In this document: piece after piece, positions 21,106 through 33,570 of the stretch
Position numbering within the stretch: position 1 is the stretch's first letter
Layout of the letters: every line of letters starts with the position of its first letter
Origin: Octopus sinensis
Lineage: Eukaryota
Assembly (NCBI RefSeq): GCF_006345805.1
Contig: NW_021835441.1
Location: forward strand, 1-40,458
Direction: 5' to 3'
Length of the DNA stretch: 40,458 nt
Notes under the pieces: generated by a model
What the model was told of the DNA's origin: nothing
The model's input: the letters and a program-made list of their open reading frames with translations, nothing else
The model's database searches: none
Made by a program: the position numbers and the translations under genes

Positions 21106-21269
21106 TTTCTTGGCGATGATATTATTATTTTCTTCCTTTTCTGGTAAGAGATCTCCTTACTACAAAAACGGATTTCCTTTTAAGCTTGAGGATTTTATGT
21201 TAGGATTTTGTATTCTTCTGTATGTTAATACTTCAGGCTGGTTATCTCTGGTTAAATAAACTCGCCTCA

Positions 21270-21890
21270 GCTCACTGGTTGCAGAGAAGAAAGAGTCATC
21301 AACAGCAGGGATCAACTGCCAAACTGAGTCTATGACTTCTGCATCCCTTCGATGGTGTGTCTGGAAGAAGCACAACATCTCCCAAAGGAACAAGATCCAC
21401 CTTTTCTCCACACTGGTTCTGCCTGTCCTCTTCTACAGTACTGAGACCTTGACAGTCCTCAGACAGGACCTGAGCAAGCTCAAGGTGTTCCAAATGCAAT
21501 GTCTTCATCAGATCCTAGGTGTCTCTCTATGTCACCAAATCTCAAACTACAACATCCGAGAGTTGACCATTGAAGATCAATTTCAGCAGTACCAGCTACA
21601 ATGGTTTGGCCATGTCTGCCAGACTACCACACCAACTTTTGTGATGACGGCAACCCACACACTGGTGGAAGCAACCCAGCACACCAAAAATGACATGGGA
21701 AAAACAAATTACGATTTCATGTCACAGCACCTCAAACTCAAGCATGCCAAAGTCAGCACCATGGATCAGAAAGCATGGAATAACATCATCACCAGAGCAC
21801 TTCATCCAGTAGCATCCACAGTAGCATATAGGTTGAGAGGACAGCCTCCCCTTCCAGTTACCAGCTAGGGAATAAAGAAGAGAAGAAACA
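21270..21890 (+). mobile_element. Second RTE-like LINE, C-terminal fragment
   Basis: LVLPVLFYSTET..FQMQCLHQILGV..LQWFGHVC. Confidence 0.8.
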
Positions 21891-22204
21891 TTCGTTTGTT
21901 AGTTTAGAGGTTGGTTCTTTATTTTGTTATTGTTCTGTGTTGTTCTGCGTAGTTGGGGCTTTGGTTTGGCTTCTGGTGATTTCCATTGTGTCTTTGACAA
22001 AAGCTGTATCTTGTCTTGCTTCTTATTATATCTGTGTAAAGTCGGAAGTGAGTTTCTTTGGAGACAGATCAATCTTCATCTGTTATGGGAAATTCCTTCA
22101 CAAATATCTATAAAGAATTTGTTGACTGCTTCCCAGATGAGATACATCCATTTTCCTTCCCCATTCAATAGCACACAACATTTAGCTGTCGTATCTAATA
22201 TATT

Positions 22205-22440
22205 ATACATTAGATAATGTAGTCCTAGATACACTATGTTTGAATAAAACATGGGTTGGCCACAGCTGGAACATCTTTGGTCATAGGTCTGTCTGGATCA
22301 GGATTAGCCTGGGGCTAAACAACAACAACTATAGCCACTAATACTAACTAAGTATACTGTACATTAGATAATGTAGTCCTAGATACACTATGCCTGAATA
22401 AAGGATGTCATGATCACAGCTGGAACATCTTTGATCATGG
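22205..22440. repeat. Two diverged ~85-bp direct repeats
   Basis: TACATTAGATAATGTAGTCCTAGATACACTATG..CACAGCTGGAACATCTTTG occurs near 22205 and 22360. Confidence 0.8.
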
Positions 22441-22479
22441 ACTGACCCAGGGTTAAACAGCAACAAAAACAGAACACCA

Positions 22480-23330
22480 ACATCATCACAAATAACACTG
22501 CTACATCACCACCATCACACCATACCACCTACCACTGTATTACCATCACACCATACCACCTACCACTGTATTATCGTCACACAACCACCATCATCACACA
22601 ACCACCCATAACACAACTACCACCATCAGACATACAACAAATGAGATTATCACACCACTACAATATGCAACAACATATATAACCACATATATACCCCTGC
22701 CATATCATGCTACTATCACAACAACATACCACTACCACCACTACAGCAGCAGACATCACCACAACAACAACGACCACCACTACTACCACAGCAACTTCCA
22801 CAATGACAACTACCACTACTATAACAATGACGACCACCACCACACTACAACCATGACACATACCATCACTGCTATCACTATTTCATGCGCTACCATCATA
22901 TACTACCACAAAACCATCATATCACTGCACTACAACTATTACGCATACCATTATAGCATCACACCCATACCACCACACTACAACAACTACCACCAATTTA
23001 TGAACTCCCACTACATACTACCACAAAACCATCACACCACCACACTACAACTATTGCACATGCCAATGTACCACTTCTACCAACAGAGCACTGTACTATA
23101 CCAGCCAATACCATCAGTACTACCACATACTACCACAAAACCATCACATCACAACACTACAACCATTATGCATACCATCATAGTTCAGCGATACCCATAC
23201 CACAACAGCCACTACACTATACCATCACCACTGTCACTAATTCATATACTACCACAAAACCATCACGTCACCACACTACAACTATTGCACATACCATGAT
23301 ACCATTATGACAACCACCAAGACCAAACCA
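22480..23330. repeat. (CAC/TAC)-rich low-complexity tract with a ~115-bp four-copy minisatellite
   Basis: TACTACCACAAAACCATCA at 22901, 23016, 23128 and 23247. Confidence 0.85.
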
Positions 23331-23679
23331 CCACCCAGAAGTAGAAGGAAAACTTATCAGCTGACCCTCTGACCGAGAATCACCCAATTACCACACAATG
23401 TGTGAATCAGGAGAGATATAGATTAGAGAAGTCAGGGGGTCAAGTTTAGATTTTTAGCTAAATCAACTTAGAGCCTGTTTACAACAACAACTAGAAAAAC
23501 AGCTATAGTTGCACATCGGTAACACCAGCAGCAACAGCAATGAAAACAAGCATAAAAAACAGTGGAGGCAGCTGTATTGGATGGCCCCAAGGATACTGAA
23601 ATCCTGGGTAGGGGGAAGATGGTAGGGTTGGGGTCGGGTAGTGAGAGGAATGGCAACACAATATAGGTATGTGTGTAAG

Positions 23680-24664
23680 TGTAAGAGACTGCTTGCATGC
23701 ATGTGTGTATAAGATTATATGTGCACATGTATGCATACATATGTGTGTTTCAATGTAAACATATATATATATATGCTTACATGTATGTATATTTGTACAT
23801 ATAAATATACATATATACATATATATAAACATATATATATATATATATGCATATATATAAATACACACACACACATATATATAAACATATAATGTATGTA
23901 TATATATATGTATGTATGTATGCATGTATGTATGCATGCATGCATGTATGTATGCATGTATGTATGCAAGCATGCATGTATATATATATATATATATATA
24001 TACATATGCCACATATATGTATGTATATATGAGTATATGTATGTATACATACACACATATACACGCACACACACTCATGTCTATATACGTATATGTGTGT
24101 GTGTATATATATAAATACATATGCCACATATATGTATGTATATATGAGTATATGTATGAATACATACACACATATACACGCACACACACTCATGTCTATA
24201 TACGTATATGTGTGTGTGTATATATACACATACATATACATATGCACATACATGTATGCATGCATTTGCATGTACATACTCACAAACACACCCAGAAGCA
24301 CACACAAACAGTAAGGTATAAAACAGAGATGATACACAGGCCATTGACTGAGACATGTCTAGAAGTGTTGATGATGGATTTCGGAAGTTTACTGTTTCAG
24401 CAAAAAACGAAAAAACTGTAAGGAACTAACAGAAAAATAGGAAACAAAAAAAGTACACAACTTAAAACTAGTTCATATCATAGTCATGTTTTAAATAATA
24501 TGTATATACAAGCATGTATAAAGAGATAGAGCAATAGATACACTGCTAGACAGATATCTATTTATCCTTCTATCTATCAACATATATACATAGATACACA
24601 CACACACACACGTACATATATATGTATGCGTAGATATATATATATGTCCATATATACATATAGC

Positions 24665-24700
<36 letters not shown>

Positions 24701-24808
24701 AATACATATATATATATATATAAATGCATATATATATATATATAAATATATATAAATGCATATATATATACACACACATATATATATACATATATATATA
24801 TAAATACA

Positions 24809-24863
<55 letters not shown>

Positions 24864-25070
24864 GTATGTATCTTACAAACATACATTTATGCCTAAATAC
24901 AAGTATATACATAGGCACGCACAACACATGTACACACACACACATATACATACATAAATCTTTACATTGGAACCAAATAATAGATAAAACCCCTGCGTGT
25001 GTATTTGTGTGTATGTGTGTGTATGTGTGTGTGTGTGTATTTGTGTGTGTGTGTGTGTGTGTGTGTGTTA
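23680..25070. repeat. Compound (TA)/(CA)/(TATG) microsatellites including a 115-bp duplication
   Basis: Units start at 24001 and 24116 and are near-identical; all ORFs here are artefacts. Confidence 0.9.
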
Positions 25071-25144
25071 AGGGAGTTTATTTTCGTGCCACTATTGATT
25101 AATATAATTAGCAAGTAAACACTGAAGCAATTAATAAACAATCA

Positions 25145-25540
25145 CACACTACCACCATAATTATCACCACCACCACCGTCAACACCACACACAGCATTCC
25201 CAACACAATACCAATACCACAATCACCACTGCCACCACTCTTACCAGCATCATCAACACCACAACCACCACCATTATGACACCACCACTGCCACCATTTC
25301 TAAAACCAACATGTCAGTAATACTACCACCACCATCACCAACATCAATCACTAGCACAACAACCACCACAATCACCATCCCCTCCACCACCACCACCGTC
25401 CATATTATGCCCATGCCTCCACCACCACACCACCATTACCAACACCATATCTACCATCACCACCACCAATACCACAACCATGACCACTACCACCATCACC
25501 AACACAACACAAACACCACCTCAACCATGACCATCACCTT
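25145..25540. repeat. (CAC/ACC)n low-complexity tract
   Basis: Direct inspection. Confidence 0.9.
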
Positions 25541-25619
25541 TTAACTCTCTGATACTAAGAAAATTGTTTTGCAGCCATGTCATTACAGATTCATTTTCAT
25601 TGCATGGTACCTCTGGCAA

Positions 25620-26155
25620 GTGTCCTTAATTTAGGATTGGCTGATGCCTTGCAAATGGAATTTGGGAGACAGAAGTTGGGCAGAAGACTGTTCTCTTGCC
25701 CCCAGCCAAAACAAATCTGTTCTCTTCCTTAATCTTATATCAACTTTGGAGAAACCTTGCACTTTCAGAGGACCAATGTCCCAGTCTGGAAATGTGGAGA
25801 AAACTCATCAATTTGTGCATGAGGATCGTTGGAGAACAATCAATGATGTTTTGAAGTGTTTGAAGGAGGACATTTAGTAAAAGCAACCAGATCTGTGGAG
25901 CATGAAGAACTGAATTCTTCATGATGACAATGCACCCTGTCACTGAGCTCTACTCATGAATTTCTCACTAAAAACAACATAGTATCACTTTTCTACCCAT
26001 CCTATTCACCAGATTTAGCACCTGTGGACTTCTGTCTCTGCCCCAAGATGAAAATGCAGCGCTCAGAGATTGCTGTTTTAACACTGTTGTTGGGAACAAG
26101 AAGTATCACAGACGGTCCTTGACTCGCTTGCGGAAAACAACGTCCAGGCTGGAGT
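25620..26155 (+). mobile_element. Mariner relic with internal deletions
   Basis: ILHDDNAPCH..HPSYSPDLAPVDF; nucleotide similarity to 9007-9655. Confidence 0.8.
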
Positions 26156-26193
26156 TTGTGTGTGTAAGAGGTAATGTATATATTTATTAATTA

Positions 26194-26278
26194 TATCCCT
26201 TCATTGGAGATGGTGTGAGAGGAAGGTTAAGAAATAGTTAGTTAACCTTCCTCTCACACCATCTCTGATGAAGGGATA
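26194..26278. repeat. 37-bp inverted repeat with 11-nt loop
   Basis: Arms 26194-26230 and 26242-26278, 35/37 identical. Confidence 0.9.
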
Positions 26279-26307
26279 GAATAAATATTCTGGAAACAGC
26301 TGTAAGA
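26262..26307 (+). ncRNA. Type I hammerhead ribozyme with intact catalytic core
   Basis: tct-CTGATGA-a-GGGATA/gaataaa/TATTCT-g-GAAA-CAGCTG-TA-aga: canonical core, ACAGCTGT palindromic helix III, GUA cleavage triplet (after 26304). Confidence 0.7.
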
Positions 26308-26621
26308 CCTATCTATAAATCTTCTAATATCTACACAGCCATGGTTTTTTATCTCATTACGCAAAAAATTCTTATATATATAATCAAGAGCAGGTGCGAG
26401 AAAACAGGGAGATAAACCAACAGAACAAGTCTTCCTGGAAACCACCATTGTCCACATTGTGATTTCTCAGCTAGGTCACAGGTGAAGTGAATGAATTGTA
26501 AACATTGGTGAATAGTTATAGTAATGTATGTTACTATTTGGTTAGACATTTTTTCTTTCTTCTTGCTAGACACTCAGTCATCATCTTTGATGGAAATGTC
26601 TGTCATACATACATACATATA

Positions 26622-27754
26622 CTAGCAATGCATCCCGGCATTGCCCAAGTGTTATGACCTATAGCTACATTGTATTAGCTGATATATTGTGAACTGGATT
26701 ACTGGCGTAATGGAAGTCATTGCTTGTTTAAAAGTGAAGGGAGGGGGGGGGGGACAATTTGCATGGAGTTGCATGAAAGTGCTTTCTGTTCCTAAGAAGG
26801 ATCACAAACTATGTGTTGTTTCATTGTATAAAAGGGGGTTAATACGATTTGGGCTAGAAATCATGTTTTTAAATTTTTCATTTACCCCCATCCCCACCGC
26901 AATTTCTTAATTTGTAACTCTTTTTGAATTTTTTTTTAATCCATGTAGAAAAATACAGAGATTACAAAGCTGGGAAATACATATTTTTTTCAAAGTTTAA
27001 TTTTTCTTAAAGAAACACTCAATGCCCCTTCCCTCACCTCAGCCACCCATCACCTACCAGCTTTCAAAAAGCTAAAATCTCCCAATGTTTCACTTTCATC
27101 TGATGTTTCACACATGCATAGAATTGTACTGAAATATCAGGCATAAAAAATACCAGACCACCACCAGAAAACTGGACATGCTAGAAACAACAGGTAAACA
27201 ACGCTATTTCTGAAGAAACTTCCCCGCTTTCCAAAAAGCTAAAAGTGAAACATTGGGAGCTTTTTGAAAGTGGTGAGGTGATGGGTGGATGTTTGGGAAG
27301 GAGATTTTAGTGTTTCTTTAAGAAAAAAGAAGAAAATTCTTAAAGATTCGTACTCTCTGTTTTTTCTCCATGGATTACCAAGAAAAATATTTGGGAAAAA
27401 ATTTTTTAAATGAAGAAATTGGGATGGGGAGGGAGAAAATTAAAATATTGCAAATGAGTTTTTTGAGCGAAATCTTAATCTCCTCTATCGAAAACATAGG
27501 AATCGGAAGAAATTTAGGAAAAAATAGGGGTGGAGTGCAAATGTTGCTTTGGACATGCTAGAAAGAACAGATAAAGGATATGATTTCTGGGAAAACTTCC
27601 TTTTAAATCTATACCAAAGATTAGGTTTTTAAATATTCTCATCACAAACACAAATTACAGAATTGAAAAAGGTCATTTCAATTAGATTTGAGTTGTAATT
27701 TTGCAAGTGCACACAGCAAGAAATAACATAATTCATACAGAAGTTTTACCTAGA

Positions 27755-27755
<1 letters not shown>
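26622..27755 (-). mobile_element. Non-autonomous Helitron-like element
   Basis: Minus-strand 3' end TTGGGCAATGCCGGG-ATGCATTG-CTAG|T resembles 8081-8108; the 5' boundary near 27755 is a guess. Confidence 0.5.
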
Positions 27756-27786
<31 letters not shown>

Positions 27787-28039
27787 ATGTGTGTGCATGT
27801 GTGTACCTGCCAAAGGAAATTATTTTATGGTATTCTTTCATTTGAAGCAGCAAAGTTGTCAACTTGATCATATGGTTTATCATATGGGATCATGTGATTA
27901 TTTGTTAATTTCTGTAAAAAAATTTTATTTCTTTATGCTTTGAAGAAAGCAGAAGCTGAAAGAGAGGAGGAAGTGAAAAGGCAACATTAGCTTTGGAGTG
28001 AGAGCAGAAAGTGAGAGATGTATGTACATGTATGCGAAA

Positions 28040-28868
28040 TGAACATGTGTGTGTGTATGTGTGCATGTGCATGAGAGAGAAAGAGAGAGAGTGAGTGAAG
28101 GTGTGTGTGGTCAAGTATGTATTTTTTGCATGCATAAGTGGCACTCGCGCGCTCTCTCTCTCTCTCTCTCTCTCACACATACATACACACACACATCATC
28201 TTTCATATACACATATATAAATACATATGCATACATCTTTTTGTATATGTGTGTGCATATTGCAAGTGAGAGAGAGAGAGAGAATGTGTGACTGTATTTT
28301 CTCATAACATATAGAGAAATGGATGTCTTTTAATGAAAATTCTGTGGTTGTGGCTTATTTTAATACAATATTTATGCATACATTTTCATAAATGTTTGTC
28401 TGAGTAGAATTCTATGCATGAGTGAAATATAGGATGAAAGTAAAACATTTGAAGCAAGTCAAAATATTGCCCGCAAATGACCTCAAAATTGTGTGACCCA
28501 ACCTCGTTTTCGTGGTTACTTTGTGCCAAAAACATTGTTTATTCTGTAGATAGACGATAAGTAGCTTTCTTTATTATAGTACAGATATGAATAATTTAGA
28601 GAACATTACTGTCATTATTTACACATTGTCACTCTTGTAATGCAACACTTTGTAATTTTGGTTCAAATTGAAAGAGTGAAACTATATTCACTTTCTAATG
28701 AAACCTGGTTGTTGTAGAGAAGTGTATTTCAAATAACTATAGCTGGTCTTTGAGATAACTTAGAAAATATGTAATTGAAAATAAAGTTTATTTGACAGAT
28801 GAAAGATACCCCATACGTCAAAATCAGCAACTCAGTTTTCGAATGCATAAGGAATATACACACACATA

Positions 28869-28954
<86 letters not shown>

Positions 28955-29030
28955 AACTTTCTTTTATAAATATATTGTTCCAGCATGGCCACAGCCAAAA
29001 TGACTGAAACAAGTAAAAGAATATATATAT
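28040..29030. repeat. (GT)/(GA)/(CA)n microsatellites and a SINE-A tail fragment (28975-29025)
   Basis: Direct inspection. Confidence 0.85.
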
Positions 29031-29089
29031 ATGTCATCTACATATAAATATTTACTTTCATATATATTTATACGTACAAATGCATGCGT

Positions 29090-29340
29090 GGCGTGGCTAT
29101 GTGATTAAGAATCTTGCTTCCCAATGACAAAGTTCTGGGTTCAGTCCCACTGCATGGTATCTTGAGCAAGTGTCTATAGGCCTAGAACAACCAAAGCTTT
29201 GTGAGTGGATTTGGTAGAGAGAAACTGAAAGAAACCTGTCATGTGTATTTGTGTGAGTGTGTGTGTGCATACATTTGTGTGACTGTCTCCTTGACATCAT
29301 AGGATAAACTGTAAAGGATCTCTATCATGCAAGCTGTGTC
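29090..29340 (+). mobile_element. SINE family A head with a divergent downstream body
   Basis: Head to GAAACTGAAAGAA matches family A; sequence after the microsatellite differs. Confidence 0.7.
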
Positions 29341-29594
29341 CTTCATTTCCAGTCTTCTACAAAAGCATGTCTAGTTCCCTGTGACTTACTTGGAAATGAA
29401 TGAGGGATACCAGCTGGAGGCAACCCAAAAGAGGATTAGTTACATAGCCTCCCTAATCCCTCAAGAAGAAAATAATGCTGTAACATCACTTGGTTTATAT
29501 CCTCTCCACTTCAAATGTTACATCCGATATGCATAAGGTCCTTAGTTGATTAGCATTTCTCCCCCACTGGTAAATGTGCAAAATTATGTAATAA

Positions 29595-29960
29595 GCATAG
29601 ATTTAAGTTGTACAGCCGACACAAAATGGATTATTTCTTATAAACCCATCCCAGATAATGAAGGCAGCTACTTATATAGAGATAATACAACATGCCCTCT
29701 CTACATTCACTACAACACAGAAGCCATTGTCTGCAAAGCTAAGTCTAGAGAACAGAATAGTGGATCCTGTCTGAAACACTATACTGGAATAACAGAAGGA
29801 TAATTCAAGAATGACTGCATAACTACATCTCCTCATTCATGATCTATGAGAAGCAAAATATTATGATGCTATCCAAATATGTTTGGCTTTCGAAAGAGGA
29901 AGCCATAAATTATATCATATGGAGATTATTTGAAAAATGCTAACCTTACTCTAAAAACAG
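29595..29960 (+). pseudogene. Penelope-like GIY-YIG relic
   Basis: LSCTAD..TTCPL..EAIVCKA..KHYTGITEG.FK..LSKYVWL..YIIWR. Confidence 0.65.
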
Positions 29961-30695
29961 CTGGAGATGTGGGCTCTGTTTAGCCCACAATACTAAAACT
30001 TTCGCTCTCATCTTGTCTATACTAGAAAACAAAATCTGAGACATTTTCTCCTTGCTTACATAACAGAAAGTACATTCTGTGACACCGGATGAAACTACCA
30101 TAAGGACATTGCTCATGAGGTTGAGTATTTGGGTGCATTTCTTCTACCTTCTTTCCATGCCTTCTCTTCCCTCTTCTTTTTCATTTTCTCCCCAATGTCT
30201 AATTCTATGCACACTCACCTTACATTTTCATTCCAATTTTTTGATTTCTGTTTTTGTCATTTGAGTGACGGTAATACTCTCATGATAACAGACATAGTCA
30301 AGCATGTCTCCTGACATGTATTAATGATCTAATAGTCAAATTCCACACACACTTCATTCGTCAACCCAAGGCTTTAGTAGAAAGACACTCATGATACCAC
30401 ACAGAGGATTAATGTACTTCCAGTTAACATATTTAATGGATGCACATTATAAAGTTTACTTAATCTATTTGCTTTAGACACTACATACCACTTTTTAATA
30501 ATATACAAACCCCACATTATTCCTCTTAGGGTCACAAATCTATAATCAAACTCTGTTGTCCCATTTACAGTCTTTTGCCAAACTTCACTCTTCCTGTCAC
30601 TCACCCGAATATCAGTAATAATCAAAATTGGTGGGGGGGGGCTTACTTGTAGATTCTACTCTTCCTGTCCATCGTGTCTCTAACCAAGATACAAG

Positions 30696-30842
30696 TAATA
30701 TTGATTTCAAATTTTGGCATGAAACCAGCAATTTCAAGGAGGAGATAAGTTGATTATATCAACCCTAGTAAACAACTGGTATCTATTTTATCAACCCTGA
30801 AAAAGCAAAAGGCAAAGTCGACCTCGGTGGAATTTGAACTCG
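30696..30842 (-). mobile_element. SINE family B, alternative tail, partial
   Basis: GGCAAAGTCGACCTCGGTGGAATTTGAACTC body and a CCAAAATTTGAAATCAATATT tail. Confidence 0.75.
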
Positions 30843-31062
30843 GTATGAACTAGATTTGTCCACTCCCTCACTTTTCTCAATACACCTTCTCCAGCTACTA
30901 CTCTCTCAACTACCCCCAACCACTAATAAACCCTTTATATTTATTCCTACATAAAAGAAATCTAATTCACTTCACCTCTCTCTGAAGACAACATCCTCAA
31001 TCATTTCAAAGCTCCCAAGAGACTGTTCATATCTGCTTTAACCCTCTACGTATATCTCTGAC

Positions 31063-31978
31063 CAGGGCTGGATTAAGACCCTTTGATGTCCTAAGCACAA
31101 AAAAGATTTTGGTGCCTCCATATGGATGTAATTCAAAATATAAACAACAATAAATTATAAAATAAAGTTTTAGTTTTCAAAATGAAACAAAATTAGTAAT
31201 TAAGATGGAAAATATGTTTATTTTTTATACTTCCACTCCATTTACATTTGAAAAGTTTTCTTCTATTCTTTTTTTAATTGCAAAGTCTTTGATTAGATCC
31301 TCGAAATTAATCTTACGTAACATATCTACTTTGTATGCCTAAATTATCTAATGTGGCCTTTCCAGAGCTGGATTAAGACCTTTAAAGGCCCTAAGTGCCT
31401 AAAAGATTTTGGTGCCCCCATATGTATGTAATTCAAAATATAAATAATGATAAACCATAAAATAAATTTTTATTTTTCAAAATGAAATTAAACTAACAGT
31501 AAGAGGGAAAATAATATTTATTTTTGTATATTTCCACTTTATTTATATTTGAAAAGTTTCCTCCTACTTTTTTAATTGCAAAGTCTTTGATCTCATCCTC
31601 ATGATGACACGATGAACACTTTGAAATTATATTCCCAATCATATAAACCTTTTTCAATATTATTTAAGCAAGTTTTAAAGTGATTTCTTTTGTGCTGTAA
31701 ACCATTTACCAATTCTGTGTTGCACTCCCTTGCCTTGAACTCCTAAGCATGTGCATATTTTGCTCTATGATTAATCCTTTGATCAAATCCACAAAATTAA
31801 TCATAAGTAACACACCTCCTCCGATACTTTGTACCTATAAGACATCGTGAATTTTATTTTATCAAGTTTAAAGTGATTTCTTTTGTACCATAAACCATTT
31901 ACCATTTCTGTGGTCCACCCACCCACCACTTCCCTTGATGCCCTAAGCATGTGCTTATTTAGCTTAATGGTTAATCCA
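31063..31978. mobile_element. Two interleaved copies of a hAT-like non-autonomous element
   Basis: CAG(G/A)GCTGGATTAA left ends at 31063 and 31363; eroded TTAATCC right ends at 31771 and 31971. The hAT assignment rests on the terminal motif only. Confidence 0.5.
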
Positions 31979-32813
31979 TTGTTGTCTCTGACTGACACAC
32001 AGACAACATTCCAAACATCCGTCACCTCTTTCTGCTCTCCAAACCCAACTTTGACCATACCACTCTTGAGTCATCTGACCACTGCCTTATTCTAACTACC
32101 CAACTCACATTCTCTTTCTCTTTTTACTTGCATGCAAGAAATAGCAGCCAAATCTTTCCTTTTCTGAGGAAAGGAGCTTTTTACGCATGATTTTGATGTC
32201 ACGTTTGTTGAAAGCATGCAAAATAACATGGAAAAGAAAAAAAACTCACAAACCAAAACTCTATTGGTGGGAAACTCAAAGTTTTGGAAAAAATTATTTC
32301 ACACCGAAGTACAAATGGGTCCTTTACAAAATATTTACCCTAGATTGGGACAGGCATGTGAATAGAAGGATCAATAAGACTGATAAAGTAATGGCTGAGC
32401 ATCCAGTGGAACAGAGGGAAAGAAACAAAAGCAGGAGAGATCAGGAATCAGACATTTAGAGAGCTGAGTGTCTGGTGCAACAGAGGGAAAGAGACAAAAG
32501 CAGGAAACATCATGAATCAGATGCTCATGTGAATACAAATGGAATAAAACAAGTTTTTCTTAAATTGGACCATAGGTTACCAAGATACATGGTTTTTTCG
32601 GGTAACCTTATAAATAGCCAAAGCAGCATATATAGAGGAAAATGCTTTGAAAATAAGGTACCATTGAAATGTGAATACTCATGGAATAACAGAAGTTTCG
32701 CGTAAATTGGACTATGGATTTCCGAGATACGCAGTATTTTCAGGTGCCTTGAACTATTGGTGACCCACAATATTTTAATCCTACGATTTGTTTATAGTGA
32801 TGAAGTGTATATC

Positions 32814-33044
32814 TATTTCTTTATTACCCACAAGGGGCTAAACACAGAGGGGACAAACAAGGACAGACAAACAGATTAAGTCGATTACATCGACCCCAGT
32901 GCATAACTGGTTCTTAATTTATCGACCCCGAAAGGATGAAAGGCAAAGTCGGCCTCGGTGGAATTTGAACTCAGAACGTAAAGACAGACGAAATACGGCT
33001 ATGCATTTCACCCAGCGTGCTAACAATTCTGCGAGCTCGCCGCC
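32814..33044 (-). mobile_element. SINE family B with Tx1-like tail, full length
   Basis: GGCGGCGAGCT head; the tail aligns to the Tx1 3' end at 33572-33621. Confidence 0.9.
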
Positions 33045-33099
33045 TTAAAAAAAAAATATCTAATCAATGTTGTCTGAACAGGTGCATGGTGTATCATGC

Positions 33100-33200
33100 A
33101 TCAGTGTTTTGCTCAAGAACACGACACACTACCTGGTCTAGGAATTGAAATTATAATGGCTAGATCATGAGTGTAACACCCTAACCACTAAGCCATGTGC
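33100..33200 (-). mobile_element. SINE family C head fragment
   Basis: Reverse complement GGCTTAGTGGTTAGGG..GTGTCGTGTTCTTGAGCAA. Confidence 0.6.
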
Positions 33201-33239
33201 CCTCACTAACACACACATACACACACACACGCACATATA

Positions 33240-33243
33240 TATG

Positions 33244-33286
<43 letters not shown>

Positions 33287-33364
33287 TGAGGGGTGAAACA
33301 CCGAGAGAAACAGATGGACAACTAAAAAATAGACATACAAAGAGAAAGTCAGGTGTATAGATAA

Positions 33365-33411
<47 letters not shown>

Positions 33412-33570
33412 GAGAGAGAGAAGGCGGGAGGGTACATAAAAGGCAAACAAAGATAGATAGAGAGAGAGATAGACAGACAGATAGATAGATAGATAGATTG
33501 ATAGAGAGAGAGAGACAGACAGATAGATAGAGAGAGAGACAGACAGATATATAGATAGATAGATAGATAT
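33240..33570. repeat. (GA)n/(GATA)n microsatellite adjoining the Tx1 3' end
   Basis: Direct inspection. Confidence 0.9.

Noticed and set aside
22205-22440. CRISPR-like repeat-spacer reading of direct repeats
   Set aside because: Two long diverged units, eukaryotic context, no cas genes.
23458-23510. TTTTAG|LNQLRACLQQQLEKQL* as a terminal exon
   Set aside because: 16 codons only, no partner exon, partly (CAA)n.
23503-25102. Many 60-228 aa ORFs (also 299-520, 27905-29037, 33165-33601, 40251-40457)
   Set aside because: Y/I/V/C/H/T-only translations of dinucleotide microsatellites.
32527-32760. Hemopexin-like protein repeat (KLDYGFPRY)
   Set aside because: Units are in different frames, a stop follows, there are no splice signals, and substitutions are not clearly codon-biased.
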